Assembly: GCA_963664115.2 (NCBI GenBank)
Contig: CAXWPJ010000011.1
Coordinates: forward strand, 78,965-142,964
DNA from: Terriglobia bacterium
GTDB taxonomy: Bacteria > Acidobacteriota > Terriglobia > 20CM-2-55-15
Reading direction: 5' to 3'
Length of the DNA stretch: 64,000 bases
Below the pieces are notes generated by a model, which was given only the letters and a program-made list of their open reading frames with translations, had not been told where the DNA came from and did not search any database. This document shows, piece after piece, positions 10,667 through 20,630 of this stretch (within the stretch, counting starts at the first letter, position 1; the number at the start of each line of letters is the position of its first letter). Both the position numbers and the translations under genes were made by a program.

Positions 10667-11509
10667 ATGACTATGCACCTGTTAAGCCCCGTGTTTTTGG
10701 CATGGATCGTTCTCCATGCGTTCGCTCCAGTTGTTTCAGGGGCAGTCCTCCAGTCGGGCGCGGAAGTGCCTGCGGTTGGCGCCTGGTGGTATACCGGTGA
10801 CGCGCCGCCCGCCGGATCGACTCCCGACCTGACCGGCGTTTTCTCCGGAGGCTCGAGCGGGGACTTGTCCCAGAGTACGCTGGAAGGCGAAGAGATGATC
10901 CTGACACAGTACGGCTACGACAGGTACCGGAGCGTCGATCATGCGAAGGATCCCAACACATTCTGCGTGCAGCCAGGTCCTGCCCGTATGATCATGATGC
11001 TCCATCCCGCCATGATCGTTCAGCGTTCCGATGCCGTGGTCATCCTTACCGAATCCCAGCGGACTTTCCGGATCATCTATACGGATGGCCGCCCTCATCC
11101 ACCCGAAATCGACGACTATCCCGAGTTTATGGGAAGCTCGATCGGCCATTGGGAAGGAGAAACGCTTGTCGTGGAAACTGTGGCGATCAATGATCGCACT
11201 TGGCTGGACACTTCCGGGCATGAACACAGTGATCAGCTCAGCATGGTCGAGCGATTTCGCTTACGCGATCCGAATACAATAGAACACATCGTCACCTACA
11301 CCGACCCGGTGTTTTTCGTGAGACCTTTCACAACGATTCGGACCTTCACCCGTGACATCGGTGACCGCATCATGGATCATTCGTGTGTGGACAACGAACA
11401 GGACATCGAACACCTGCGGCCACTGATAGGCGGTACAGGGCTCGATGTGGCGGTGTATCAGGACGAAGACGGTAATATTATCCGTCCGGAACCCCGCCCC
11501 GAACCCTGA
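10667..11509 (+). CDS. uncharacterised secreted protein, 'WEGDTLVVET' family (paralog 2)
   Basis: PDLTGVF, CVQPGPAR, DGRPHP, GHWEGETLVVET, WLDTSGHEHS, C-terminal HSCVD. Confidence 0.85.
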   Translation: MTMHLLSPVFLAWIVLHAFAPVVSGAVLQSGAEVPAVGAWWYTGDAPPAGSTPDLTGVFSGGSSGDLSQSTLEGEEMILTQYGYDRYRSVDHAKDPNTFCVQPGPARMIMMLHPAMIVQRSDAVVILTESQRTFRIIYTDGRPHPPEIDDYPEFMGSSIGHWEGETLVVETVAINDRTWLDTSGHEHSDQLSMVERFRLRDPNTIEHIVTYTDPVFFVRPFTTIRTFTRDIGDRIMDHSCVDNEQDIEHLRPLIGGTGLDVAVYQDEDGNIIRPEPRPEP

Positions 11510-11714
11510 GTGCCGGAAAATGGCTTGTACCGCGCTCGGAGCATCCAATGTGTCCAACCTTAAGAATCTGTTTTCGGCCGACGATCCCCACACGGGTTCC
11601 CAGCCGCAGCAATACCATTTGTTGTGACCCGCGGTCCGGATGATCCGGGATTCCAGCATTGGGCGTTAAAAGACAGGTTCTAGACGGAATTTCATCAACC
11701 ACCGAGGAGACGAC

Positions 11715-12875
11715 ATGCAATCTTCAGGTCATACACACAACGGCTACGCCGGTCATTTGCAAGAAAAGCGGACCCACCTGCGGCATCCTTCACGGCGGGA
11801 ATTTGTTGCCGGACTCGCGGGCGTGGCAGCAGGTGCTATCTTTCTTCCGCGTCCTTTTGCCGCACAGACGTCGCCACAGAACCGGATCGATGTCCATTGT
11901 CACTTTGTGCCGGCCGCCTATCTTGAGTTCCTGAACGCCAATTACCCCGACATGCCTCGATCCTATTCCCCGCCAGACTGGGAGGTGTCCGAACACATTG
12001 AAGAGATGGACCGGGGCGGTGTCCGAACGAGCATTCTTTCGCTTCCGAGACCCGGCATATGGTATGGCGAGTTGGAGGGAATCCGAACGATTGCACGGGA
12101 GTGCAACGACGCCAACGCAAGGCTAGTCGCGGACTATCCAGGCCGTTTTGGCATGTTTGCGACCTTACCGCTGACCGATATTGAGGGCAGCCTTCGTGAA
12201 ACGGAATACGCGCTAGACACGCTGAAGGCTGACGGTATCGCCATGAAGACCCCTTACGAGAACCTATGGCATGGGGACCCATTGTTCGCCCCGCTTTACG
12301 AAGAACTCAACCGGCGGGGAACCGTGGTTTACACCCACCCCCAAGATGCTGCCTGTTGTGCGGGCACCGTGCCGGGAGTCGGCTCGCTCGTACCAAATGT
12401 TGGTAATACGACGGTCGAGTACGGTACGAATACGACACGAACGATCGCGAGTCTTTTATACAGCGGCACGGCTGCGCGTTACCCGAACATTCGTTGGATA
12501 TTCTCGCATGCGGGAGGAACTGCACCGTTTTTGATCCATCGGTTCATCGGCGCCGGGCTCGCGCCGTATCTCAGAGACGGCGGCGTACTGGCCCCGGGCG
12601 CTTCTGAGCCCAGGGTGAGTCCGGAGATGCCGAGAGGGGCGCTGTATGAGCTCCAAAAGTTTTATTACGACACTGCGAACACCTATAACCCTGTGGCCAT
12701 GGGGGCGCTCCGGAAAGTGGTGCCCGTTTCGCAGATCGTATTCGGGTCCGATTTTCCGTACGGCTCCCCTTCAGTAATCGCTAATGGTCTTGCGGTATCC
12801 GAGGTATTCAACGCTCAGGAACTTCGGGCGGTCGACCGCGACAACCTGGCCAGGATTCTGCCGCAGGTTCAATAG
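11715..12875 (+). CDS. Tat-exported amidohydrolase_2, paralog of 8699..9790
   Basis: SRREFVAG, IDVHCH, SHAGG, FYYDT, FGSDFPY. Shares YPGRxGMFA and TAARYPNI blocks with 8699..9790. Confidence 0.85.
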   Translation: MQSSGHTHNGYAGHLQEKRTHLRHPSRREFVAGLAGVAAGAIFLPRPFAAQTSPQNRIDVHCHFVPAAYLEFLNANYPDMPRSYSPPDWEVSEHIEEMDRGGVRTSILSLPRPGIWYGELEGIRTIARECNDANARLVADYPGRFGMFATLPLTDIEGSLRETEYALDTLKADGIAMKTPYENLWHGDPLFAPLYEELNRRGTVVYTHPQDAACCAGTVPGVGSLVPNVGNTTVEYGTNTTRTIASLLYSGTAARYPNIRWIFSHAGGTAPFLIHRFIGAGLAPYLRDGGVLAPGASEPRVSPEMPRGALYELQKFYYDTANTYNPVAMGALRKVVPVSQIVFGSDFPYGSPSVIANGLAVSEVFNAQELRAVDRDNLARILPQVQ

Positions 12876-13162
12876 GAATTGGTCCGCGATGCGCATCGGT
12901 GGTCGTCGCGAACTGTCGGAGACAGCGCCAGGACAAGGCGCGCGGCCGGAGGGCGAATAGGCCTACTGCAACCAGTCAGAGCATTTCGGACGGGAACCGT
13001 TAAAAACCTAAGAGACACTTGCCTGATCCCGACGGTCTTAAGGAGGATCGAATGAAGGAGAAAGTGTCGGCAGAGCCAACTCTTGTGCCCTGAGTACAAG
13101 GGCAGGAGTTTCGATGTGAGAAACGCGGGGAAGAAACAAAAGCCCCCTCCCCGCGCAAAGGC

Positions 13163-14005
13163 CTAAAGTCCAGCTGCGGGATCCCGAACGCGACTGTTGA
13201 AATTGTCCACCTCGTCGACCGGCGCACAGTCTTCTTCAAAAACGCCATACCATCCCTGAAGGTCCGTCATCCTCGCGTACCAGGCGACTACTTCTTCTCT
13301 CGGGACGAGCCTGTAACTTTTCTGTTCGGCCACCCATGGCCGCGTGTAGGTCAGTGGATCAGTGATCGTCATCTCAAGTTCGATAGTATCGTGGTCGACA
13401 CGCGTGTAGCGCTCTACGACTCTTGTGGCTTCGCTGAGAGGGTAGCCGTTCTGGTCCAACCACGCTCTATCGTCGAAACCTGCCGACTCCACAACAAGAG
13501 TGTTGTCCTCCCATCTCCCGGCCGAGTAACCGTACCACCTCCGAAGATCGGGGTTGAAATTCTCGGGAAGTTCTCGTCCGTCCGTCCAGATCTCGCGAAA
13601 CACCCGATGCCACGAAAACATCTGCACCAGCAAATCCGGGGTTTGAATGAACTGAGTGGGCCGGGGATACAGCAAGGCGCGCGTCAGGCCCGCTGGATTG
13701 CACTCCCCGGTGGGATCGTTACCCGTTGCAGGAGGAACCTGGCGGGGGCCATACCCCGGCCGGTACGAGTCGAAGCGTGCCTGGCCTTCGGGGGTCATCG
13801 GGGGAGTCGTATCATCCCCGGGGCGCCGACTGATGCCCCGGCTCCCGCCGTTGCGCTCCCAGATTCCAGAAAAGTCGCGCGGATCAAACGGCGCGTCCGG
13901 GTTGGGCGCGGCTCTAGCAACAGAGCGATCCTGGGCGAGGGTGGCCGACGCGAACACCAACATCACGGCCAAGGTCAAAATCGTTGTGATGGAGCGACTT
14001 AACAT
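13163..14005 (-). CDS. uncharacterised secreted protein, 'WEGDTLVVET' family (paralog 3)
   Basis: DPRDFSGIW, CNPAGLTR, GRWEDNTLVVES, DPLTYTRPW, EEDCAP. Confidence 0.85.
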   Translation of the reverse strand: MLSRSITTILTLAVMLVFASATLAQDRSVARAAPNPDAPFDPRDFSGIWERNGGSRGISRRPGDDTTPPMTPEGQARFDSYRPGYGPRQVPPATGNDPTGECNPAGLTRALLYPRPTQFIQTPDLLVQMFSWHRVFREIWTDGRELPENFNPDLRRWYGYSAGRWEDNTLVVESAGFDDRAWLDQNGYPLSEATRVVERYTRVDHDTIELEMTITDPLTYTRPWVAEQKSYRLVPREEVVAWYARMTDLQGWYGVFEEDCAPVDEVDNFNSRVRDPAAGL

Positions 14006-14103
14006 GGGTCGTTAACCTCCAGATGCGTTGTCCAGAATCTGAAATTGAGCGGATACCGTCCGCATGGGCGGAGTTCCCCACGAAGTGTCAGTTTTCCCTG
14101 CCG

Positions 14104-14511
14104 TCATCTTTCTCTGCCGTCGTCCCGCTCCATGGTCCGGCCATCCGGCAGTTGGACCTCCGCCATGACTCCAGTCGGCGTGCCAGCCCTGGAGGGCGAT
14201 AGGATAACCGTGACCTCGTCTCCCGGCCTGATGGAATTCCTGCTCCAGCCGGCTTTGGACAAATGGAAGGGGGCGCTGATCTCACCGCTCCAGTGGACGA
14301 CGTTTCCGTCCTCGTCCGTCACATCCCAGAAAAGTTGAGCGTGAGGATTGGTCAGCCGCCATTGGGTCACGATTCCAGTGACGCTGACGCGTTTTTCCAT
14401 GTCGTAGGAAATGCTCGTTCCGTGGTGCGCGAAGACAGGCACCGAAACCACAAGTGAACCCGTACTGACAGCCAAAAGAACCGCAAGCAAAGTTATCGTT
14501 CTGTGCTTCAT
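14104..14511 (-). CDS. DUF6152-like secreted protein
   Basis: Signal peptide ending VFA|HHG...YD, NPH motif, PGDEVTV. Start MKHRTIT follows AAGGAG. Confidence 0.8.
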   Translation of the reverse strand: MKHRTITLLAVLLAVSTGSLVVSVPVFAHHGTSISYDMEKRVSVTGIVTQWRLTNPHAQLFWDVTDEDGNVVHWSGEISAPFHLSKAGWSRNSIRPGDEVTVILSPSRAGTPTGVMAEVQLPDGRTMERDDGRER

Positions 14512-14694
14512 TTTCGAATGCTCCTTGGTGAGATCCGGGAGATTGTCATCCATACAAACGCGCGCCCAGTCACGAGGCCTTCGATCTCGTAAGCCATTGA
14601 ACTCTATTTGAGAACACCCTCGACTGAGACTCATCGTCAAACACGAGGACTAAGGCGTCACTGTGTTCGGTTTAAACTGTCCTGTCACTTAACT

Positions 14695-15513
14695 TTACTT
14701 CACTTCACAAGGAGTCGGGTTCCACTTGGATCCGTCGGGCTCCTTCTTGAAGTTCGAACTTCGAATCAAGGGTCCGACGCGGTCCGAGCCCGGCAAGCCC
14801 CCTCCCGGTTGGGATCCCAGGTATTGTGGGTCGTCGACGATCGTGGACACGATCAGCCATGTGTCACCACCCGGGATGTCCGCACGGTGAAAATACTCCG
14901 TCACGACGGCGTTCTCACTGTAGGGCACACCGTTTCGCAGTAAGTATCCGGCGTGCATGCCTGTCGTCACAACCTTCAGATTGCCGCCTCGGGGAATACC
15001 GTTCTGGCCTCCCGCGACTTCCCACTGCGCCGACGAATACCCCTGCCACGTCGGCTCGGCACCGACAGGCGGTGAGCCATCAAAATGGAACAAGCGTGTC
15101 TGCATCCCCGCATCGGTGTCGATTCGCAGTGTGTTTTCGTCTTCCCAGGTCACATGCAAACGCGTTGGAATCCGCATGATGTTGCCTGCGCCATAAGCCT
15201 TGCACGCGTTCCCTTCGGCTACGTCCCGGGCTGGATCCCACTGATCGGCGACGCGGCGGCCTTCCTCGTTGAGCGGTATGGCCGGGAAACTGCCCTTTTC
15301 GGCGGTGAGCATTCGCCATCGCCAGTCTTCGGTGATCAGCGACACCCAGTATCCCGTCGGGTCGATGACAGCTTGCTCTTGCCCGGGCCGTGGGTCTGGT
15401 GGGGCCGGGCCGCCTCTCTGGGCAACCATGTACGTGGGGCTTCCAAGCAACACTATTGCCAAGGCGGCCAGGAACATAAACGACGTATGCCGGGGCAAAA
15501 TTCCGTAATTCAT
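14695..15513 (-). CDS. uncharacterised secreted protein, divergent member of the same family (paralog 4)
   Basis: DPTGYWV, CKAYGAG, WQGYSSAQWE, YLLRNGVPYS, DDPQYL, PTPC. Confidence 0.8.
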   Translation of the reverse strand: MNYGILPRHTSFMFLAALAIVLLGSPTYMVAQRGGPAPPDPRPGQEQAVIDPTGYWVSLITEDWRWRMLTAEKGSFPAIPLNEEGRRVADQWDPARDVAEGNACKAYGAGNIMRIPTRLHVTWEDENTLRIDTDAGMQTRLFHFDGSPPVGAEPTWQGYSSAQWEVAGGQNGIPRGGNLKVVTTGMHAGYLLRNGVPYSENAVVTEYFHRADIPGGDTWLIVSTIVDDPQYLGSQPGGGLPGSDRVGPLIRSSNFKKEPDGSKWNPTPCEVK

Positions 15514-15611
15514 TTTGGTCCTATCAATCGATCCATCAATTAAGGCAGGCCGACACCGGGTTGTCCCACGGTTCTCGCTCTTCCTACACTGCCCGTCGCG
15601 CGGGAAATTCG

Positions 15612-16025
15612 TCAGTCGACCACTTCTTCGGGGAGGGTGCCCCAGGACCACCCATCCGATGGCCGGATGACACTGAGCAGGCGTCCCCGATGGCTACCTG
15701 GGCTACGCGCTGGATTGAACACTACTTGCACTGCATCACCCACCTGCAGTCCGTCGCCTTCACCCCGGCGCATTCTGGATGCGGCCGCGCCCTCGATGGA
15801 CCATCGCTGCACGTCTCCATTCGTGTCTGGAGCTTGCACGTGAATAAAGGAGTGGGGATTGCGGAGCAAGAACTGCACGACTCTCCCTTCAATCTCTTGG
15901 GTACCGTCCAGGTCGTAGGTTGCTCCAAAAGAATGGTGAGCGTATGCGGGCGTAACAGACGCCATCCAAATTCCTGCGGCAACCATTCCGGCGACGGCGA
16001 GCCAGACAAGCGATTTACCTTTCAT
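15612..16025 (-). CDS. DUF6152-like secreted protein
   Basis: AYA|HHSFGATYD, RNPHSF, GDAVQV. Confidence 0.8.
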   Translation of the reverse strand: MKGKSLVWLAVAGMVAAGIWMASVTPAYAHHSFGATYDLDGTQEIEGRVVQFLLRNPHSFIHVQAPDTNGDVQRWSIEGAAASRMRRGEGDGLQVGDAVQVVFNPARSPGSHRGRLLSVIRPSDGWSWGTLPEEVVD

Positions 16026-16094
16026 GCGTACTGACCTCCTCGAGAAACTTCGACAGAACTTCGATGCTGCAGCGCCACGAAGAGCGCCTGACGA

Positions 16095-17177
16095 CTAGCC
16101 TTCGATGAGGCTGCGATACACCGACTCGACGAACCGGTCGGTGGTGCCCGGTTCCCGCCCGTAGAGCGGGTCAAAATCGAGAGTGAGTCCGGCCTCTTTC
16201 ACCTGCTCCAACGTCATGCCTTTTTCGATCGCGTTACGGATGCGATCACGAATCATCGTGACCATGTCGCGGTAGTACGCGACTTCCGTGAGGTCGCTGA
16301 TGCGTCCGTGCCCGGGAACCACCATCGTTCCACCTTGCGACCGGAATTCCGGGAAAATGAGATCGATAATACTGTTGATCCCGTCAAGCAGCCCCTGAAT
16401 GCTGCCTCCCTGCTCAAGGTCGATGACGGGGTATCGGTCAACTGCAATGATATCCCCCGTGCTGATCACGTCGGAGTATCGGAAATAAACGATGCTATCG
16501 CCGTCAGAATGCGCCGCCGGCATGTGGATGACCTGAACGCCTTCTCCATTGAAAAACCGATTCACCCGATGTTGTCCCTCAAGGTACGTATGCGTCGGGA
16601 CTGCACTCGGTGCCGGACGCTCCGGGGCATCGATCATCCGCAGCACGACATTGTCGTGGGCGATGACCTGTTCGCCACCGCCGAGCGGACGGAAAAAGTC
16701 ACTTTCCACGATCGCGCTGTTCCCTCCCATGTGATCTTCATCCAGGTGGGTATTGATGATGTAGCGAATGGGCCGGGTCGGGCCGGAGGGATCGAGCTGG
16801 CGGGAAAGCTCCCGAACCCTGGCGAGCACTCTGTCCGACATTTCCGCCACGCCCGTGTCCACCATCAAAACGCCGTCTTTGCCAACGGATAGAGTGATAT
16901 TCCCGCCGGCGCCGACCAATATGTACACATTCCCCTGGACGGGCCAAACATAGAATTGGTCGTCGTCGCTCTGAGGTTCCAGGGCATAAGCGGGGTTCCA
17001 GAAACAGAGGACCAGAGGCACAGCCATCAGCCATGTGACCCGGGCGAGCCAGACGCGGTTTGTACGGTTGTGGGGTTGTCGTCTCACTGTTCGCTCCGCT
17101 CTCTTTTCTCCCGAGGATTTAACTGGGCATTCGGGCCCGTTGAATGAATCAACCGATGAATTTCGAACTCCGGCCAT
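16095..17177 (-). CDS. MBL-fold metallo-hydrolase (cyclase-like, secreted)
   Basis: THLDEDHMGGN (HxxxDH), AHSDGD, TGD, VPGHG. Coupled to the upstream ORF by a TGATG overlap. Confidence 0.85.
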   Translation of the reverse strand: MAGVRNSSVDSFNGPECPVKSSGEKRAERTVRRQPHNRTNRVWLARVTWLMAVPLVLCFWNPAYALEPQSDDDQFYVWPVQGNVYILVGAGGNITLSVGKDGVLMVDTGVAEMSDRVLARVRELSRQLDPSGPTRPIRYIINTHLDEDHMGGNSAIVESDFFRPLGGGEQVIAHDNVVLRMIDAPERPAPSAVPTHTYLEGQHRVNRFFNGEGVQVIHMPAAHSDGDSIVYFRYSDVISTGDIIAVDRYPVIDLEQGGSIQGLLDGINSIIDLIFPEFRSQGGTMVVPGHGRISDLTEVAYYRDMVTMIRDRIRNAIEKGMTLEQVKEAGLTLDFDPLYGREPGTTDRFVESVYRSLIEG

Positions 17178-18052
17178 CAGTATTCAAATCCTTCCGGCCA
17201 CAACTCCTTCAACCGCTCGCGATACTCGGGATATAGGGTTTGGGCGCCCCCACGCAGGAGCTCAGGGGGCACTCCGATTTTCTCTCCATACTCGTCCAGA
17301 TAGGGATGCTCCCCTGGCATGAAATGCGGTACGAAGCCTTTCTCCCGCACTTCCTCGACAACAACCGGGCAGGGATAAGCGGGAAGCTGCTGCTGTGGCA
17401 GCCGAACATACGACATGTTTCGAATCAGGGGTTCGTCCAGATAAGGAGGGTCATCGATGACGACGGTCCATGTCAGGTAGTCTCCATGAACGAACAGGAA
17501 CTCCGTCATCGTCGCCAGGGAACTGCGTGAGATGCCATTACGCCGGAGGTAGTCTTCCTTCATGTGCGTGGTATGGACTACCAACATGTTCCCCTCCCAA
17601 TGCGCTGTGGAAAAGCCTTCCCAGGCAAGCGGAGCATGTTCGGGAGGATGCGGTCGATCATCCATATACATAAGTCGGTCTCGTGCAGACCGCAGCCAGT
17701 GCATCCGCCAGGCGATGAACTCCTGAGTGACGGGATCGACTTCTTTCCAGACGCGCAGTTCCGACGCGCCGAACGGCATGAAATCGACACCATGCGGACG
17801 GCACTGCCATTCGGGCAGCGAGAACACCGATGCGTCGTAGGTCTCGCCTCTCATGCGGGCGGCCTCGTTGATCGGCAGACCGGTGTAGTCGCCGTACACG
17901 GCGCCCCCGCGACGATCCACTTCGATATCTTCGTGACCCAGGTCGAGCCACTCTCCGGCAAAATCACTTTGAGCCGAGGCCGGAAGGCCAACCAGAGTGA
18001 ACACCAGGAATGTTGCTCCCACGATTATTTGAGCGCGTTTGAAGCTGTCCAT
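17177..18052 (-). CDS. uncharacterised secreted protein, 'WEGDTLVVET' family (paralog 5)
   Basis: DFAGEW, CRPHG, DDRPHPP, WEGFSTAHWEGNMLVV, YLRRNG, DDPPYL, YPC. Confidence 0.85.
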   Translation of the reverse strand: MDSFKRAQIIVGATFLVFTLVGLPASAQSDFAGEWLDLGHEDIEVDRRGGAVYGDYTGLPINEAARMRGETYDASVFSLPEWQCRPHGVDFMPFGASELRVWKEVDPVTQEFIAWRMHWLRSARDRLMYMDDRPHPPEHAPLAWEGFSTAHWEGNMLVVHTTHMKEDYLRRNGISRSSLATMTEFLFVHGDYLTWTVVIDDPPYLDEPLIRNMSYVRLPQQQLPAYPCPVVVEEVREKGFVPHFMPGEHPYLDEYGEKIGVPPELLRGGAQTLYPEYRERLKELWPEGFEY

Positions 18053-18471
18053 AGTCCTCCCTCAATGGATCGATCCAGCAGAAGACCCTACATTAACCGA
18101 TCGGGGGATACCTCGCTATCCATTTCTCAATCGGCTGCAGCGAGGGCTTGAAAATAGCGGTAAGCATATACACGTCATTGCCCCAGCGCCAAGACGAAGC
18201 TCTACTTTCAGTGCCATTATTCCTGGGCCATTTTGGGTGCTGAATGAGCAGTATATGGTCGAGAAAGTTGAGACCTGGAACACGCTGAGCTCGGCGACAT
18301 GTTGATCGACGTCACGCATGCGAACTGCCGGAATTTTCGCGGAATCAAATTGTCCACCAGGATTGTTCGGATTCAGGGCGGATTTCCTGCCCTTGATCTA
18401 ATCATCACCGACGCAAAGGCCAACGTGGCCTTGAGAATTGAGCCTGTAGAGCGACGCGGCTGCGGCGGGCG

Positions 18472-18511
18472 ATTCGAAGTTCGGCGCTCTATCCAGCTGA
18501 GCTATAGGCGC
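18472..18511 (-). pseudogene. tRNA-Arg(TCG) 5' half, truncated after the anticodon loop
   Basis: Minus strand reads GCGCCTA TA GCTC AGCTGGATA GAGC G CCGAA CTTCGAA, then unrelated sequence with no T-arm or acceptor 3' strand. Confidence 0.8.
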
Positions 18512-18647
18512 GTAACACCGAATCGTTCTACAACACGGCTGCCGACCCGATGACGGCTTCTCTCTGTGGGGCTGTAATGCCGCCTACCGGGCTCGCCAAT
18601 TAGGATGTGCTACCTTATACGATTCTCTTTTACGGTGAGGTGAATTC

Positions 18648-19559
18648 ATGCGCAATGTTGTCATTATTGGCTCGGGACCTGCGGGTCTGACGGCTGCCAT
18701 TTACGCGGCCCGTGCCGACCTCGAGCCGATTCTCATCGAGGGCTCTGAGCCGGGCGGGCAACTGACGCTGACGACGATGGTCGACAACTTCCCTGGATTT
18801 CTGGATGGTGTCATGGGACCTCAGTTAATGGAGGACATGAAGAAGCAGGCGAACCGGTTCGGCGCTGAAATCCTTACAGGCTATGTGGATCGTGTCGAGT
18901 TGGGTGAAAATCCCTTCCGGGTTTTCGTGGACAAACAGGAATTCGAGGCTAAGACCGTCATTATATCGACCGGCTCTTCGGCGAAATTAATCGGTTTGGA
19001 TAACGAGCGTCGACTCATGGGACACGGGGTATCCACCTGCGCGACCTGCGACGGATTCTTTTTTCGTGACAAGAAAATAGCGGTTGTAGGCGGCGGAGAT
19101 TCGGCAATGGAGGAGTCCACCTTCCTTACCAAATTCGCATCAGATGTTGCTCTCATTCACCGCCGGGACGAGTTCCGCGCCTCAAAGATTATGCAGGATC
19201 GTGCTTTGGCCAACGATAAGATTCGCGTTCTCTACAGCAGTGTTGTGGAAGATGTCCTGGGAGACGATGCCGTGACCGGGATCCGTGTTCGGAACCTGAA
19301 ACATGATGCCACCTCGGAGATCGACCTGGATGGTGTCTTTGTCGCGATCGGACACAATCCCAACACTGGAATATTTCGAGGTCAGATGGATCTGGACGAC
19401 AATGGCTATGTCGTGACGAGACCGGGTTCCACCCAGACGAGTGTTCCTGGCGTGTTCGCTTGTGGTGACGTTCAGGACCCGGTGTTCAAACAAGCCATAA
19501 CAGCGGCCGGCTCAGGTTGTATGGCTGCGCTTGAAGCCGAGAAGTATATCGAGGGTTGA
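18648..19559 (+). CDS. trxB: thioredoxin-disulfide reductase
   Basis: IIGSGPAGLTAAIY, CATCDG, GGGDSAMEE, VFACGDV. Confidence 0.97.
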   Translation: MRNVVIIGSGPAGLTAAIYAARADLEPILIEGSEPGGQLTLTTMVDNFPGFLDGVMGPQLMEDMKKQANRFGAEILTGYVDRVELGENPFRVFVDKQEFEAKTVIISTGSSAKLIGLDNERRLMGHGVSTCATCDGFFFRDKKIAVVGGGDSAMEESTFLTKFASDVALIHRRDEFRASKIMQDRALANDKIRVLYSSVVEDVLGDDAVTGIRVRNLKHDATSEIDLDGVFVAIGHNPNTGIFRGQMDLDDNGYVVTRPGSTQTSVPGVFACGDVQDPVFKQAITAAGSGCMAALEAEKYIEG

Positions 19560-19579
19560 GCGGTCTCGTTTTTACGGGC

Positions 19580-19978
19580 ATGGAAGAAACGGAACACATT
19601 TTTACGCGTGGTGAAGCCGATACGGCGCTGACCCAATTGCGGCCCCTGATGGAAGATCTGCGCGACGAGTGGGGTCGTCTCAAGTTGCTGAACCCGGAAA
19701 TTCAAAAGATTCGTGAAAAGGCTTCGCTCGATGCGTATAGCCCTTACGGAGTCGAATATGTGGAGTCGGCTTCTCATCTGATGCTTTTGATGGGGCAGGT
19801 GCGCGACATGGGTGTGCTCGTAAAGGATCTCGATAAGGGCTTGTGTGACTTCCCGTGTCTCAGAGAGGATCGCGTCGTTTATCTTTGCTGGCATCTCGGT
19901 GAAGATTCGATCGGATACTGGCATGACAGGGAAACGGGATTTGCGAGCCGGGAACAGCTGGAAGAAAGGGATCTGTGA
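19580..19978 (+). CDS. DUF2203 family protein
   Basis: GVLVKDLDKGLCDFP...VYLCWHLGEDSIGYWH...GFASR. Start uncertain. Confidence 0.8.
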   Translation: MEETEHIFTRGEADTALTQLRPLMEDLRDEWGRLKLLNPEIQKIREKASLDAYSPYGVEYVESASHLMLLMGQVRDMGVLVKDLDKGLCDFPCLREDRVVYLCWHLGEDSIGYWHDRETGFASREQLEERDL

Positions 19979-19988
19979 GGGCATTGCG

Positions 19989-20372
19989 TTGACGACACCC
20001 CCTGACAAGATATTCATATCCGATATCGACTGTGTCGCCGCGATCGGTGTGACCCCCGAAGAGCGCACAATAAAGCAGCGCTTGTCAGTCGACGTGGAAT
20101 TGGCGACCGACTTTCGCAACGCGGCTCGAAGCGATTCACTCAAGGACGCGCTCGACTACGCCGAGGTTGTGAGACTCGTCGTGGAACTTGCAGGCAGCCG
20201 TGACTTTCATCTCATCGAAACGTTTGCGGAACTCATTGCCGGCCGGGTGCTCTCGGACCTGAGTGGCGATAATATCCGGGTTGTGGTCCGAAAGCTGACC
20301 CCTGTTCTTTCCAGCCGAGTCCGATTCGTATCAGTGGAAATCGTCAGGGCGCGTGGAGCAGATGCCGTTTGA
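19989..20372 (+). CDS. folB: dihydroneopterin aldolase
   Basis: IGVTPEER...QRLSVDVEL...SDSLKDALDY...LIETFAE...RK. TTG start assumed. Confidence 0.9.
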   Translation: MTTPPDKIFISDIDCVAAIGVTPEERTIKQRLSVDVELATDFRNAARSDSLKDALDYAEVVRLVVELAGSRDFHLIETFAELIAGRVLSDLSGDNIRVVVRKLTPVLSSRVRFVSVEIVRARGADAV

Positions 20373-20630
20373 GATGCCAAACGACTTTGAAAAAAGGACT
20401 TCCCCGTCAGATTTGTGTTGAAGAAGTCGAAAAATCTGCGTTATTCTACCGGCGCTTCGTGTTAGCTTGGAAAAGTGGATCTGCTTGGATGTATGTGGTT
20501 CGAAAAGCTTGCACTTATATTCACTGGGGCCTCCGTTTTCCGACGGCCCCAAACTAGAGGAGATGTCTTCCCGGTAGGCTAAGTTAGGCCACAGGTAACG
20601 GGCAAGGCGAATTCGTTTTTAGGAGGCACA

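Noticed and set aside
18060-18511. Intron-containing tRNA-Arg
   Set aside because: No 3' exon (T-arm, TAGGCGC) and no recognisable group I core before the next gene.
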